NCBI GenBank assembly: GCA_050950825.1
Contig: JBMNIH010000010.1
Span: 1 to 64,000 of the forward strand
DNA from: Clostridia bacterium
GTDB taxonomy: Bacteria > Bacillota > Clostridia > JAAYHZ01
Reading direction: 5' to 3'
Length of the DNA: 64,000 nt
In this document: one piece after another, positions 48,652-57,436 of the stretch
Position numbering within the stretch: position 1 is the stretch's first letter
How the letters are laid out: each line of letters starts with the position of its first letter
Translations under genes and position numbers: made by a program
Notes under the pieces: model-generated
The model's database searches: none
What the model saw: the letters and a program-made list of their open reading frames with translations, nothing else
What the model was told of the DNA's origin: nothing

Positions 48652-49749
48652 TTATATAATTTCAACCTTCGGAGGGCAGATATAGTCATGGAAACGACGG
48701 GCTGTGCAAGCGCTGTCGGCATCTCCGTCATGGAAATAGATTCGGTAGCGATAAACGGCACTTTCTCCTTCCTCCAAAGTACGGCTTCCCGTAAAGTAGA
48801 AGTTATTAGGGGCAAACAACCCGTAGTTACGAATATGCCAGTAAGTCGGATAGTGATCGTTTTCCGGGTTATCATAAACGGCAATTCCCGCAAGATATCC
48901 GTCGCTTATCCCGTAATAATCGCACCAGTGTGCTCTTTTTCCCCAGCACTCTTCTTCATCCTTCGCACCGTAGGAATTGATCATGGTGCCGCCCTTTGTA
49001 ACGTTCATGGTTTCCGCAACGCGGATTCCCAAGGGGCCCGCTTCTTTGGTGGGACCGAAAACAACTTTACCGAAGGAAGCTTTAAACCGGCTTTCGATAT
49101 CCACGTATCTTCCGGAGGAGGGCATATTGTAAAAGGTAAGGGTTCGGAATTCTTCCAAAACGGGATTTCCGTCAAAATCCGTCCAAAGATTGATAGCGTC
49201 AATCGCACCGTATACCGGACCGGATTTGCAGCAAGCCTTCGTTTGTTTTTGTTTTCCGTATCCTTCTCTTTCATTCCAAAAATCGATTCCGTTCACGTCT
49301 CCGATCGCAATCCAGACCGAACGCTGATGAGGATGCTCCTTTACCTGAAAGTCCAGTCGGGTAAACCTGTGGCCGTATGTCCCGATAATAGGTCCTAAAT
49401 ACGGCTTGGCGAAGTTGGAATCGTAAACATAAGATGTAAAGAGCTTGCCGTCAATGGAAACATCGATGCGATTTTCTTGTTGCAATAAGCTTACACCTGA
49501 AGAAGGAAAATCGCCTTGTTCCAAAACGTAGGTTTTTTGCTCTCCCGCCTTAAGAGACACCGTAAAATGCAAAACGACGGCATCCTTATCCGTACTTATT
49601 TGAACGGGAAATCTTTCATTCGCTTCATCTCTCAAGACATGCGCTCCGTCCGTTAAAATGCTCCCTTTTTCCTTCGGCAGAGTAACGGAAACCGGACAAT
49701 CCTGCCTGTCATGACGTCCGGCATTTACAACCAGCTTGATTCCTTCCAT
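48652..49749 (-). CDS. PmoA-like/DUF6807 family protein (not a methane monooxygenase)
   Basis: KPYL.P, HPHQRS.W, DFW, WGKRA.WCDY, WHIR.YGLF..N motifs. Confidence 0.8.
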   Translation of the reverse strand: MEGIKLVVNAGRHDRQDCPVSVTLPKEKGSILTDGAHVLRDEANERFPVQISTDKDAVVLHFTVSLKAGEQKTYVLEQGDFPSSGVSLLQQENRIDVSIDGKLFTSYVYDSNFAKPYLGPIIGTYGHRFTRLDFQVKEHPHQRSVWIAIGDVNGIDFWNEREGYGKQKQTKACCKSGPVYGAIDAINLWTDFDGNPVLEEFRTLTFYNMPSSGRYVDIESRFKASFGKVVFGPTKEAGPLGIRVAETMNVTKGGTMINSYGAKDEEECWGKRAHWCDYYGISDGYLAGIAVYDNPENDHYPTYWHIRNYGLFAPNNFYFTGSRTLEEGESAVYRYRIYFHDGDADSACTARRFHDYICPPKVEII

Positions 49750-49838
49750 ATTAACATCACATTCCTTTCGCTGTGCTCAAGGCACAAAATAGAATGAAAA
49801 ATTTTTACTTAAGCCACCCTCTGTAGTAAAATATAAGT

Positions 49839-50025
49839 GGGTATGCAGGTATACTACAGAGCACGGGGAGGTGAGTGTGACAACCAAACTTTGAGTTGTC
49901 CGTATATTAACATGTGCCGTTCGCTCTCTCAAGTACAAATAAGTGTGCCATCGAGCACGAACACTAATCTTTGTTTTAAACAAAGCTCTTGTTTATATTG
50001 AGTGGACAGTCAATGCCTGCATCCC
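49839..50025 (+). ncRNA. candidate IS110 bridge/seek RNA
   Basis: TTTACT-17bp-TAAAAT promoter; closing stem GGGTATGCAGG/CCTGCATCCC; internal hairpins. Confidence 0.55.
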
Positions 50026-50049
50026 TAAATATTTACAAGGGTGAGGTTG

Positions 50050-51315
50050 ATGCTTAAGATTGTCTATCCCATCTGTTGTGGAATTGATGTCCACAAAAAG
50101 TTTGTAATTGCCACTATTGCCACCACCAATGATAAAAATGTTACTTCCTATCAAACACGTCGTTTTAATACTTTCAAAAATGATCTAATCGCTCTCAACA
50201 ACTGGTTAGTAGAAAACAAGTGCAAAGATGTCTGTATGGAATCCACCGGAAAGTACTGGATTCCTGTTTTTAACGTGCTCGAGGATTTCTGCACTATTAC
50301 CCTTGCAAACCCGAGATACGTTAAAAATATCCCAGGTAAGAAAACCGATAAGCGAGATTCAATTTGGCTTGCTGACTTACACAAGCATGCATTGGTAAAA
50401 GGTAGCTTTATCCCATCTAAGCCTATACGGGAGTTGCGGGATTTAATTCGGTACAAGTCTAAACTTACCAACGTCTCTTCCAGTGAGAAAAACCGGGTGC
50501 AAAATTCGCTTACAGTTTCAAACATCATGCTTGCCAATGTTGTTTCCGACACCTTCGGCAAGTCTGCTTCCTCAATTATTAAGCACATGATAGAGAATCC
50601 TGATATCATCGACTTTGATTATTCTTCAATGCTCCACAAAAGTCTGAAGAAAAAATCGGATGAAATTGAACAAGCCGTTGCTGGTAAATTCTCTAAGGAG
50701 CAAGCGGCAAAATTGTCTGTATGCTATGAGCACTATAACAGCGTTGAAAAATGCATCGAAATACTGGAAGCTACAATACTCGAGCTATCTTTACCTTTCA
50801 AAGAACAAATTGACATCATCGCTACTTTACCTGGTATTAAGCAGGCATCGGCTACAGCTATTCTTTCAGAAATCGGAACCGATATGTCCGTCTTCACCTC
50901 GGACAAGCATCTTTGTTCCTGGGCTGGCCTTACACCCCAGAGTAATGAAAGTGCCGGTAAGAAGAAAAGTGTCCGTATTAGCCGCGCCGGTGTCTACATT
51001 AAACCTTTACTTGTCCAGTGTGCTAATGCCGCTGTAAAGGACAAGTCCTGCACTGTTTTCAAAAACCGCTATGAAGCGATTAAAAAACGTCGTGGTCACA
51101 AACGTGCTATTATTGCTACCGCAAGAATGATTTTAACCTGCATCTATCACATGCTCTCTAAAAATGAGCCATTCAATCCATTGCTGTATGATGACAATGC
51201 GAAATCTAAGAAGCGTAATCAGCAGGATTCTCTAAGTATTGAGCAGGCCATCGCATTTTTGCAAGCCAATGGGTATACTGTGAATATTTCTGATCTAGTG
51301 GCAATAACAAACTAA
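50050..51315 (+). CDS. IS110 family transposase/recombinase
   Basis: GIDVHK, MESTG, KTDKRD (DEDD); SWAGL.P...ESAGK; intact ORF. Confidence 0.96.
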   Translation: MLKIVYPICCGIDVHKKFVIATIATTNDKNVTSYQTRRFNTFKNDLIALNNWLVENKCKDVCMESTGKYWIPVFNVLEDFCTITLANPRYVKNIPGKKTDKRDSIWLADLHKHALVKGSFIPSKPIRELRDLIRYKSKLTNVSSSEKNRVQNSLTVSNIMLANVVSDTFGKSASSIIKHMIENPDIIDFDYSSMLHKSLKKKSDEIEQAVAGKFSKEQAAKLSVCYEHYNSVEKCIEILEATILELSLPFKEQIDIIATLPGIKQASATAILSEIGTDMSVFTSDKHLCSWAGLTPQSNESAGKKKSVRISRAGVYIKPLLVQCANAAVKDKSCTVFKNRYEAIKKRRGHKRAIIATARMILTCIYHMLSKNEPFNPLLYDDNAKSKKRNQQDSLSIEQAIAFLQANGYTVNISDLVAITN

Positions 51316-51421
51316 TAGTGTAATTCCAGTTTCATCCACAGTCCTAGGTATTCCTTAAGGGCTTGCTTTGTTGCGGCCTTCGCGGGTCTTTTTTATTTTC
51401 ACACTAAAACCTCCCGGCTTT

Positions 51422-52042
51422 TTATTGTCTCTTCGTTAAGGTTTTTTCCAAAAAACCGAGCACGATATGTCCCGCCTTTAACATGGTAAATGCCTGCCAT
51501 GCCGTTCCAAAAAGAAGGCAAAACAGGTGTATATAAAGACCTTTGTATGCCAATAAGTTTCCTACAATTATATATATGCATACCACAATTATCGATCTTC
51601 TTTTTAGCTTTTTGATTTTCTCCGGTTTGGTAATCGGTTTATTCGGACTGTCTACCGGGGCTTTGGCAATAACGACCCAAAGTGCAAGCAGCAAAAGAAT
51701 ATCGGTTAAGACATATACAAAGACAGGATCCGCGTTTTGTACCCCTATCAGCTTAAATACCGTAGGCATCAAAACGCTTATTACCACTCCCGTAAGGCTG
51801 CAAATCCAAATCGATGACAAATGAGCACCGCCTGCATTGATTCTTAAGATGCTTACGGAAAAACTTAAAATCAAAGATGCATACAAAGTGCCCAGTAAAG
51901 AAGAAAAAACGAGAATCAAAATCATTACGAAAACAAATTGAATAATGGCCAAAAGCCCGTAAATAATGACTTCTTTTTGATCTTGATCCGCCTTAATTGC
52001 CTCGGCGATCTTTTCTCCTAAATTTTCGGCCAGCTTATACAT
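51422..52042 (-). CDS. agrB: accessory gene regulator B (AIP-processing protease)
   Basis: YGL, LR.NAGGAH.....C catalytic His/Cys region, APVDSPNKP; multiple TMs. Confidence 0.92.
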   Translation of the reverse strand: MYKLAENLGEKIAEAIKADQDQKEVIIYGLLAIIQFVFVMILILVFSSLLGTLYASLILSFSVSILRINAGGAHLSSIWICSLTGVVISVLMPTVFKLIGVQNADPVFVYVLTDILLLLALWVVIAKAPVDSPNKPITKPEKIKKLKRRSIIVVCIYIIVGNLLAYKGLYIHLFCLLFGTAWQAFTMLKAGHIVLGFLEKTLTKRQ

Positions 52043-52505
52043 CTTTCCTCTTCCTCATGAACTTAAAGTAATAAACAAGAAATACTTGAACCGCAAGAAT
52101 GATGGTTGACGGAATCGTGTATACCATTCGGGTGTTTGAATCCTTCAAAATCAATTCCATCTTTTCGGGGAATAATAAGTGGATCGATAAAAAATTCAAC
52201 GCTTCCGATATAATTAAAAACAGTACCAACATCAAAGTACCGTTAATAACCTTGGTAAGCGGAATTTTTGCAATAAGATTAAAAATGACCACCAAAACGG
52301 CCATGGTGATGAGTAAGCTCATGCCGTATCCTGTCATCTGAAGAACGGACCGAGATATAAAAGTAACGATCATTAAGATCGCCCAAAGTAAAAGCATTTC
52401 ACCGGTTTTCGGCCTCTTTATATCGCAAAAATAATAAACGCACAAAGCGGCAAGAATTGATTCCGGCGCTCCTTTTACAAGTATTTCCCAAACACTAGTT
52501 TCCAT
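52035..52505 (-). CDS. multi-TM membrane protein of unknown function
   Basis: 156 aa, 4-5 hydrophobic helices; stop overlaps the agrB start. Confidence 0.8.
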   Translation of the reverse strand: METSVWEILVKGAPESILAALCVYYFCDIKRPKTGEMLLLWAILMIVTFISRSVLQMTGYGMSLLITMAVLVVIFNLIAKIPLTKVINGTLMLVLFLIISEALNFLSIHLLFPEKMELILKDSNTRMVYTIPSTIILAVQVFLVYYFKFMRKRKDV

Positions 52506-52508
52506 TCC

Positions 52509-53060
52509 CTACTTCCCCCCGCAATATCTGTTATTTAATAAAACAATCATATTATAAAAAACGATCACAAAATATGCTTTCATTATAATATCGCCGATAC
52601 TCATTACACAATAACCAAAATCAAATATGTCACCTAAAAAATTCATTTTGGTTTGTTCACTCATACCGATATGTATGGCCCCCGGCGCGGAGAAAGTAGC
52701 TTCATTCGAAAAACCGGTCAAGTTGGAAAAGGTAAACTTAACCGGCATTTTGCCCCCGTTCGCATTCATTACCAATTTATTTAACAATGTTCCGACCAAG
52801 ACCAAGCCGCATCCGAATATTGCCGATCGGTAAAGCTTAAAATAAAAAACCGGTAATATCAAATACAAGAAAAACCCGGTTTTTAAAATTCCGGCGTACC
52901 GGATTACGTCAAGGTTACCCTTTGCCGACAGGTATTGAAAAACCCAAAAAACAATTTCCAATGCCAAGAACGGATAAATTATGAAACTTCTAAAAATAAC
53001 AAAAGGCTTGTATCCTTTAATCCAAGCAATAACAAATGCAGCTATTAAAAAAGGTAACAA
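52509..53060 (-). CDS. DUF5317-like membrane protein
   Basis: G..LN.LV..ANGGKMPV, H.....TK..FLGDIF, SIGDI motifs; GGAGG SD before TTG 53060. Confidence 0.8.
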   Translation of the reverse strand: MLPFLIAAFVIAWIKGYKPFVIFRSFIIYPFLALEIVFWVFQYLSAKGNLDVIRYAGILKTGFFLYLILPVFYFKLYRSAIFGCGLVLVGTLLNKLVMNANGGKMPVKFTFSNLTGFSNEATFSAPGAIHIGMSEQTKMNFLGDIFDFGYCVMSIGDIIMKAYFVIVFYNMIVLLNNRYCGGK

Positions 53061-53061
53061 T

Positions 53062-54738
53062 TTAATGTGCCTCCGCAAGTTCAATATTGGCATGCTCCGA
53101 AGCCGTTAACAAAAACTCCAAGAATTGATCCGTCAATTCAGGATCAAAATGTTTTCCTTTGCACCGTTTTATTTCTTCGACGGCTTCCTCAAAGGATAAT
53201 TTTTTTTTGTATGGACGGTCATTGGTCATGGCATCGAAGCTATCGATAATCGTAAGCAAACGAGCCTCTTTGCATATTTGCTCGCCTGCCAAGCCGTCCG
53301 GATAACCGGTACCGTCATAACGCTCGTGATGCTGCCTTACAATCGGTATGATTTCCGGATCGTATCCTAATTCCGATATGATTCTTGCGCCCCATTCGGG
53401 ATGCTTCTGCAGCATTTGGAATTCTTCGTCGGTCAATTTGGTTGATTTCATTAATACGCGAGAAGGAATATTGATTTTACCGATATCGTGCATATACGCT
53501 GCAAAAATCATTACTTTTTTGGTGCATTCATCGTATCCTGCCCACTCGGCAAAGCTCTTCATGTAATTGACAACGTTTTCGATGTGATTGTATGTAAATT
53601 CGTCTCGGGTATTAATGACCGTAATTAACGTCCTTATGGCCGTAAACATTTCGCTTGTATATTTATCGTCGTTATCTATGTTTTCAAATATGTTTTCATA
53701 TTTTCGAACCTGGTTCTTGTCCATAAATTTCGCACGATACAATGCTATATCCGCAAAGCGAACCAGATCGTCCACGGACTTCGCTTCATCGCTCATTTTT
53801 GCAACGCCAATGGATACCGTCAATTTCTTTTCAGGCAAATATTCCTCTCCGTAGAATTTCGTAGATTTCACTTGGTCGCAAATTTTATGAGCGATTTCCA
53901 TGGCTTGATTTTCGGTGAAAGGCCCGGTTATGGCAAACTCGTCTCCGCCTTGCCTGCAAACAATGCCGTTTTGAGCATTTTCCGTAAAGATATTGGCAAA
54001 TTGGACTAGAATGTCATCGCCTTGGACGTGTCCGTGGTATTCGTTATAGGTCTTGAAATTATCAATATCTATTAATATTAAAGCTAAGGGAGTATTGTCA
54101 TGATGGTAATGCTGGATCTTGTCTTCAAGATAAGAGATCAGATATCGATGGTTATAAACGCCCGTCAAACCGTCTTTTTCCGCCAAATCCTTTAAAACAC
54201 CGATATATTTTTCTTTTTCACTTAAGTAATATCCGATTATGTAAGAGGTTAAAACAAGCTCCAAAGCAAAGAGAATGTTTCCCTCCATCATGACCTCGGT
54301 GGCCGTTTTAAAATGCGATTGGGCAAGGGTATATATGGTGACAAAAGCAAGAGAGGACGATATACCCCATGTCAATCCGTTTTCTATGGTCATGATGATA
54401 ACAACAAGGAAAAACAAGTGCTTGTGGTCTCGCGCTAAGGAAGGAGATGCGCATGCTATAATAATCCCGCCTACTAAAAAAAACAAAAAAATGTTCTGCA
54501 GTTTTTTCAGTATCTTCTCTCTTTTTGAAAACTTAAATCCGATAAAAAGCCATATGGAGAAAAGAGCAAGAAAAAGTATTATGCTTGCATAAAAAGGACC
54601 CGGACCTTCCATAATTATTTCCGTAACGCTTCTATCGGAGAAAAGTACTTGAAATAACATGAAAGCCGAAGCAAACATCAACAGCAACTTGATTGATGAC
54701 AATAGATTGATAAGTTTTCCGTTATTGTACGAGTACAC
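53062..54738 (-). CDS. membrane-bound diguanylate cyclase / HD-GYP phosphodiesterase hybrid
   Basis: About six N-terminal TMs; DGLTG, DIDNFK, GGDEF; HDIGK, HHERYDGTGYP; GTG start at 54738 (ORF track 54756). Confidence 0.93.
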   Translation of the reverse strand: MYSYNNGKLINLLSSIKLLLMFASAFMLFQVLFSDRSVTEIIMEGPGPFYASIILFLALFSIWLFIGFKFSKREKILKKLQNIFLFFLVGGIIIACASPSLARDHKHLFFLVVIIMTIENGLTWGISSSLAFVTIYTLAQSHFKTATEVMMEGNILFALELVLTSYIIGYYLSEKEKYIGVLKDLAEKDGLTGVYNHRYLISYLEDKIQHYHHDNTPLALILIDIDNFKTYNEYHGHVQGDDILVQFANIFTENAQNGIVCRQGGDEFAITGPFTENQAMEIAHKICDQVKSTKFYGEEYLPEKKLTVSIGVAKMSDEAKSVDDLVRFADIALYRAKFMDKNQVRKYENIFENIDNDDKYTSEMFTAIRTLITVINTRDEFTYNHIENVVNYMKSFAEWAGYDECTKKVMIFAAYMHDIGKINIPSRVLMKSTKLTDEEFQMLQKHPEWGARIISELGYDPEIIPIVRQHHERYDGTGYPDGLAGEQICKEARLLTIIDSFDAMTNDRPYKKKLSFEEAVEEIKRCKGKHFDPELTDQFLEFLLTASEHANIELAEAH

Positions 54739-54763
54739 TGTCGCAATGACCTCCACCTAGTGA

Positions 54764-54797
54764 AAAGGCTGTAAAAAGTAACCTTTCCACAGCCTTT
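54764..54797 (-). terminator. stem-loop between agrD and the DGC/PDE gene
   Basis: AAAGGCTGT...ACAGCCTTT with a short U-tract. Confidence 0.55.
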
Positions 54798-54808
54798 CTT
54801 GTAGCTTG

Positions 54809-54934
54809 TTACTTATTTTGCAACGATGTCGGCTCCTTCGGTTGGTGGATGAAAAGCCAGCATGCCGAGGTTGCCAATAGTGTTGCTACTACAGAAGCTA
54901 CAACTGCAGCTACTTTTAGTGCTTTTTGTTTCAT
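54809..54934 (-). CDS. agrD: AgrD-type cyclic autoinducing peptide precursor (41 aa)
   Basis: AAGGAGGT SD; MKQKALKVAAVVASVVATLLATSACWLFIHQPKEPTSLQNK with the clostridial TSA-C-x4-HQPKEP signature; heads the agrB operon. Confidence 0.93.
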   Translation of the reverse strand: MKQKALKVAAVVASVVATLLATSACWLFIHQPKEPTSLQNK

Positions 54935-55212
54935 TTGTTTTACCTCCTTCTTTAAGTATTCATTCATATGATATAAACATGAATGTCTATTTAATAAGCC
55001 GGTCTCTTTTCATAAGAAGCCTTTCCATCGATATAATTGTTCTAATAACCTTCCGCTTGCCCATACGTCTAATTGTGATTGTACCAAACCGCTGCGCGGT
55101 AGCTCAACAGTATTTACCCTTTTCGGGTCCTAACCTTTATATTTAATTCCTATCACCTTCAAAATCGTATATAATAGCTCCCATTAATTTGATTTTGAAA
55201 GGTGGTATTGTT

Positions 55213-56088
55213 ATGTCAACAAATTTATCCGTCGATTTTGATCAAGCGCTCCACAATGTTAAGTTTGTTCTTGAGACCTGCCGTTATTCTCAAAGAACAA
55301 TCTATCTTTATGAGCGACAAATTATTAAGTTTTATCAAACGGTTCAGAAACATCCCTGTCAAATCTCTCAGCAAGATGTACTTTTGTATTTGCACGGTCT
55401 TGTTAAGCGATCCTTGAGTGCGGATTACATCAACCAAGTCAGAGCAGCCATACGTCTTTTCTTCCGTGTAGGATTGCAAAAAACTTTTGATGAGTCTTTA
55501 CTTCCTCGTGTTCGTAAGGAAACTGTACTGCCTGCCGTATTGTCGCAAAATGAAATCAAACGAATATTTTCCTACATAAGAAACCCTCGATACAGAGTCA
55601 TTCTATACCTTTGTTATTCTGCAGGTCTTCGTCTCGGAGAAGCCTTGAATCTAAAAATCAAAGATATTGACAGTGAGAATATGCAGATCGCCGTTCGAAA
55701 AAGTAAAAACAACAAAGATCGCTATACGATACTGTCTCCGGAGTATTTGACGCTTCTTCGAGATTATTGGAGGCTTTACAGACCTGAAGGTCCTTATCTT
55801 TTCCCGGGTGCCTCTTCCGGTAAGCCTATGGCAGCGCAGGGAATCCAAAAGGCGTTTCATGATGCCGTAATAAAAGCCGGAATCCGCAAAAATGCGTGCA
55901 TTCATTCTTTACGCCATAGCTTTGCGACACACCTTTACGAATCCGGACAAGATATCGAAGTCATACAATCCCTACTCGGTCATGCAAGCATTTGGACCAC
56001 CAAACGTTACACGCACTTGGCACGGAAGCATCTTCAAGGGGTGAAGAGTCCGGCTGACGGTTTCGGAGGTGATTTTAATGTCCTCTAA
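55213..56088 (+). CDS. tyrosine recombinase with N-terminal SAM-like domain
   Basis: GLRLGE, KNNKDR, HSLRHSFATH, LLGH, TKRY: full catalytic set; ATG 55213 behind AAAGGTGG. Confidence 0.95.
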   Translation: MSTNLSVDFDQALHNVKFVLETCRYSQRTIYLYERQIIKFYQTVQKHPCQISQQDVLLYLHGLVKRSLSADYINQVRAAIRLFFRVGLQKTFDESLLPRVRKETVLPAVLSQNEIKRIFSYIRNPRYRVILYLCYSAGLRLGEALNLKIKDIDSENMQIAVRKSKNNKDRYTILSPEYLTLLRDYWRLYRPEGPYLFPGASSGKPMAAQGIQKAFHDAVIKAGIRKNACIHSLRHSFATHLYESGQDIEVIQSLLGHASIWTTKRYTHLARKHLQGVKSPADGFGGDFNVL

Positions 56089-57235
56089 AATTCAAAAGAT
56101 CTTTCAGTCCTTTAAAGAGAGATTGCCGTCCCAAAGCTATTCTCCCCAAAAAACAAAAGTCATTGACGCAATCTGTAAGTGCCGCACTCCCGAAATGGGA
56201 GGATTCGTCCAACGATGTGACGATTGCGGTTACACCGAGGCACATTTCAATTCCTGCCGAAATCGACATTGTCCCGTTTGTCAAGGGTCCAACCAAAGAA
56301 AATGGGTTGAAAAGCAAGTCGCCAACACGCTCCCGATACCCTATTTCCACGTGGTTTTCACCGTGCCTGCCGAACTCAATCCCTTGTTTCTTGCAAACCC
56401 CGACAATATGTTCAATCTGCTCTTTCGTGCCGCTAGTCAAACCGTTTTGACTCTCTCGGAGAACGAAAAATTTCTCGGGGCGCAACCCGGCTTTATCGCC
56501 GTCTTACATACATGGGGGCGAAACATTCAGTTCCATCCCCATTTGCATTGTATCGTAACGGGCGGCGGATTGTCCAGCGATCGCAAACGATTCGTTGTTT
56601 CCAAAGATTCCTTTTTCCTTCCTCTTAAAGCGATCAGCATCGTTTTCCGGGGAAAGTTCCTCGAGGAATTGAAAACATTCTTTGTTAATAACACCCTTCA
56701 ATTGACGGAAGGTTTGGATACCGTTCAAAAAAGGCAACAATTTCTGGACTTACTGTACTCCAAGGATTGGGTATGCTATTGCAAGAAACCGTTTAAAGAC
56801 GCTTCCGCCGTTATACGGTATCTCGGCCGATATACTCACAAAGTGGCGATCTCGGACAGCCGAATCGTTTCTCATAATCCCGACACGCAGACGGTGCGTT
56901 TCCACTGGAAAGATTACAAAGATCACAACAAAATCAAGATCATGCAGCTTTCCGAAGACGAGTTCGTACGCCGTTTTCTCCTCCATGTGTTGCCCAAAGG
57001 ATTCATGAAAATTCGACATTACGGATTGCTTGCCAACCGAGGAAGAGAAGAGCGTTTGGAATTATGCAGAGATTTGCTGAAGGCAACCGCACCCACGGGA
57101 GTTATTCAAGAATTCCCCAAGTGCAAAGTTGAACCTCTTGACCGCTGTCCGAAATGCGGAAGCCAATCTTTTCTTTTGGTTCCTCGCTCTTTGTACGCGC
57201 AGCCGGCTTTATTGCCTACCGGTACCGGACCGTAG
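56078..57235 (+). CDS. IS91-family rolling-circle transposase
   Basis: Zn-binding CDDC..SCRNRHCPVC, HPHLH (HUH), YLGRY (Y-x3-Y), LHVLPKGF..IRHYG. Confidence 0.95.
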   Translation: MSSKIQKIFQSFKERLPSQSYSPQKTKVIDAICKCRTPEMGGFVQRCDDCGYTEAHFNSCRNRHCPVCQGSNQRKWVEKQVANTLPIPYFHVVFTVPAELNPLFLANPDNMFNLLFRAASQTVLTLSENEKFLGAQPGFIAVLHTWGRNIQFHPHLHCIVTGGGLSSDRKRFVVSKDSFFLPLKAISIVFRGKFLEELKTFFVNNTLQLTEGLDTVQKRQQFLDLLYSKDWVCYCKKPFKDASAVIRYLGRYTHKVAISDSRIVSHNPDTQTVRFHWKDYKDHNKIKIMQLSEDEFVRRFLLHVLPKGFMKIRHYGLLANRGREERLELCRDLLKATAPTGVIQEFPKCKVEPLDRCPKCGSQSFLLVPRSLYAQPALLPTGTGP

Positions 57236-57436
57236 ATTCTTGACAACTGAATATCGTGTAAAACGACCCTTTATGGGAGGGCGTAGCTTGCTCTTTTTCA
57301 GGCGATTTTCCGCTTTTTCTTCGATTTTCAAGGTGCGAAGTACCGTTTTAACGTACTTTTAAGCCTAAAATGTTCGAATCAAACCGATGTTGACCTTTTA
57401 AAATTCCCATGGGAAAATGAGAACCTACGCGGTTTG

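Larger units (their letters stand above)
49790..51406 (+). mobile_element. IS110-family insertion sequence
   Basis: Symmetric ends TA-GAA-TGAAAA ... TTTTCA-CAC-TA; about 260-bp non-coding left end; DEDD recombinase. Confidence 0.85.

Noticed and set aside
48652-49749. 'PmoA' label implying methane oxidation
   Set aside because: It is a soluble protein without the TM helices of particulate MMO; the family name is misleading and the context is carbohydrate catabolism.
54862-55146. 94-aa hydrophobic + strand ORF from the track
   Set aside because: It is antisense to agrD, crosses the mobile-element end and has no SD; agrD is far better supported.
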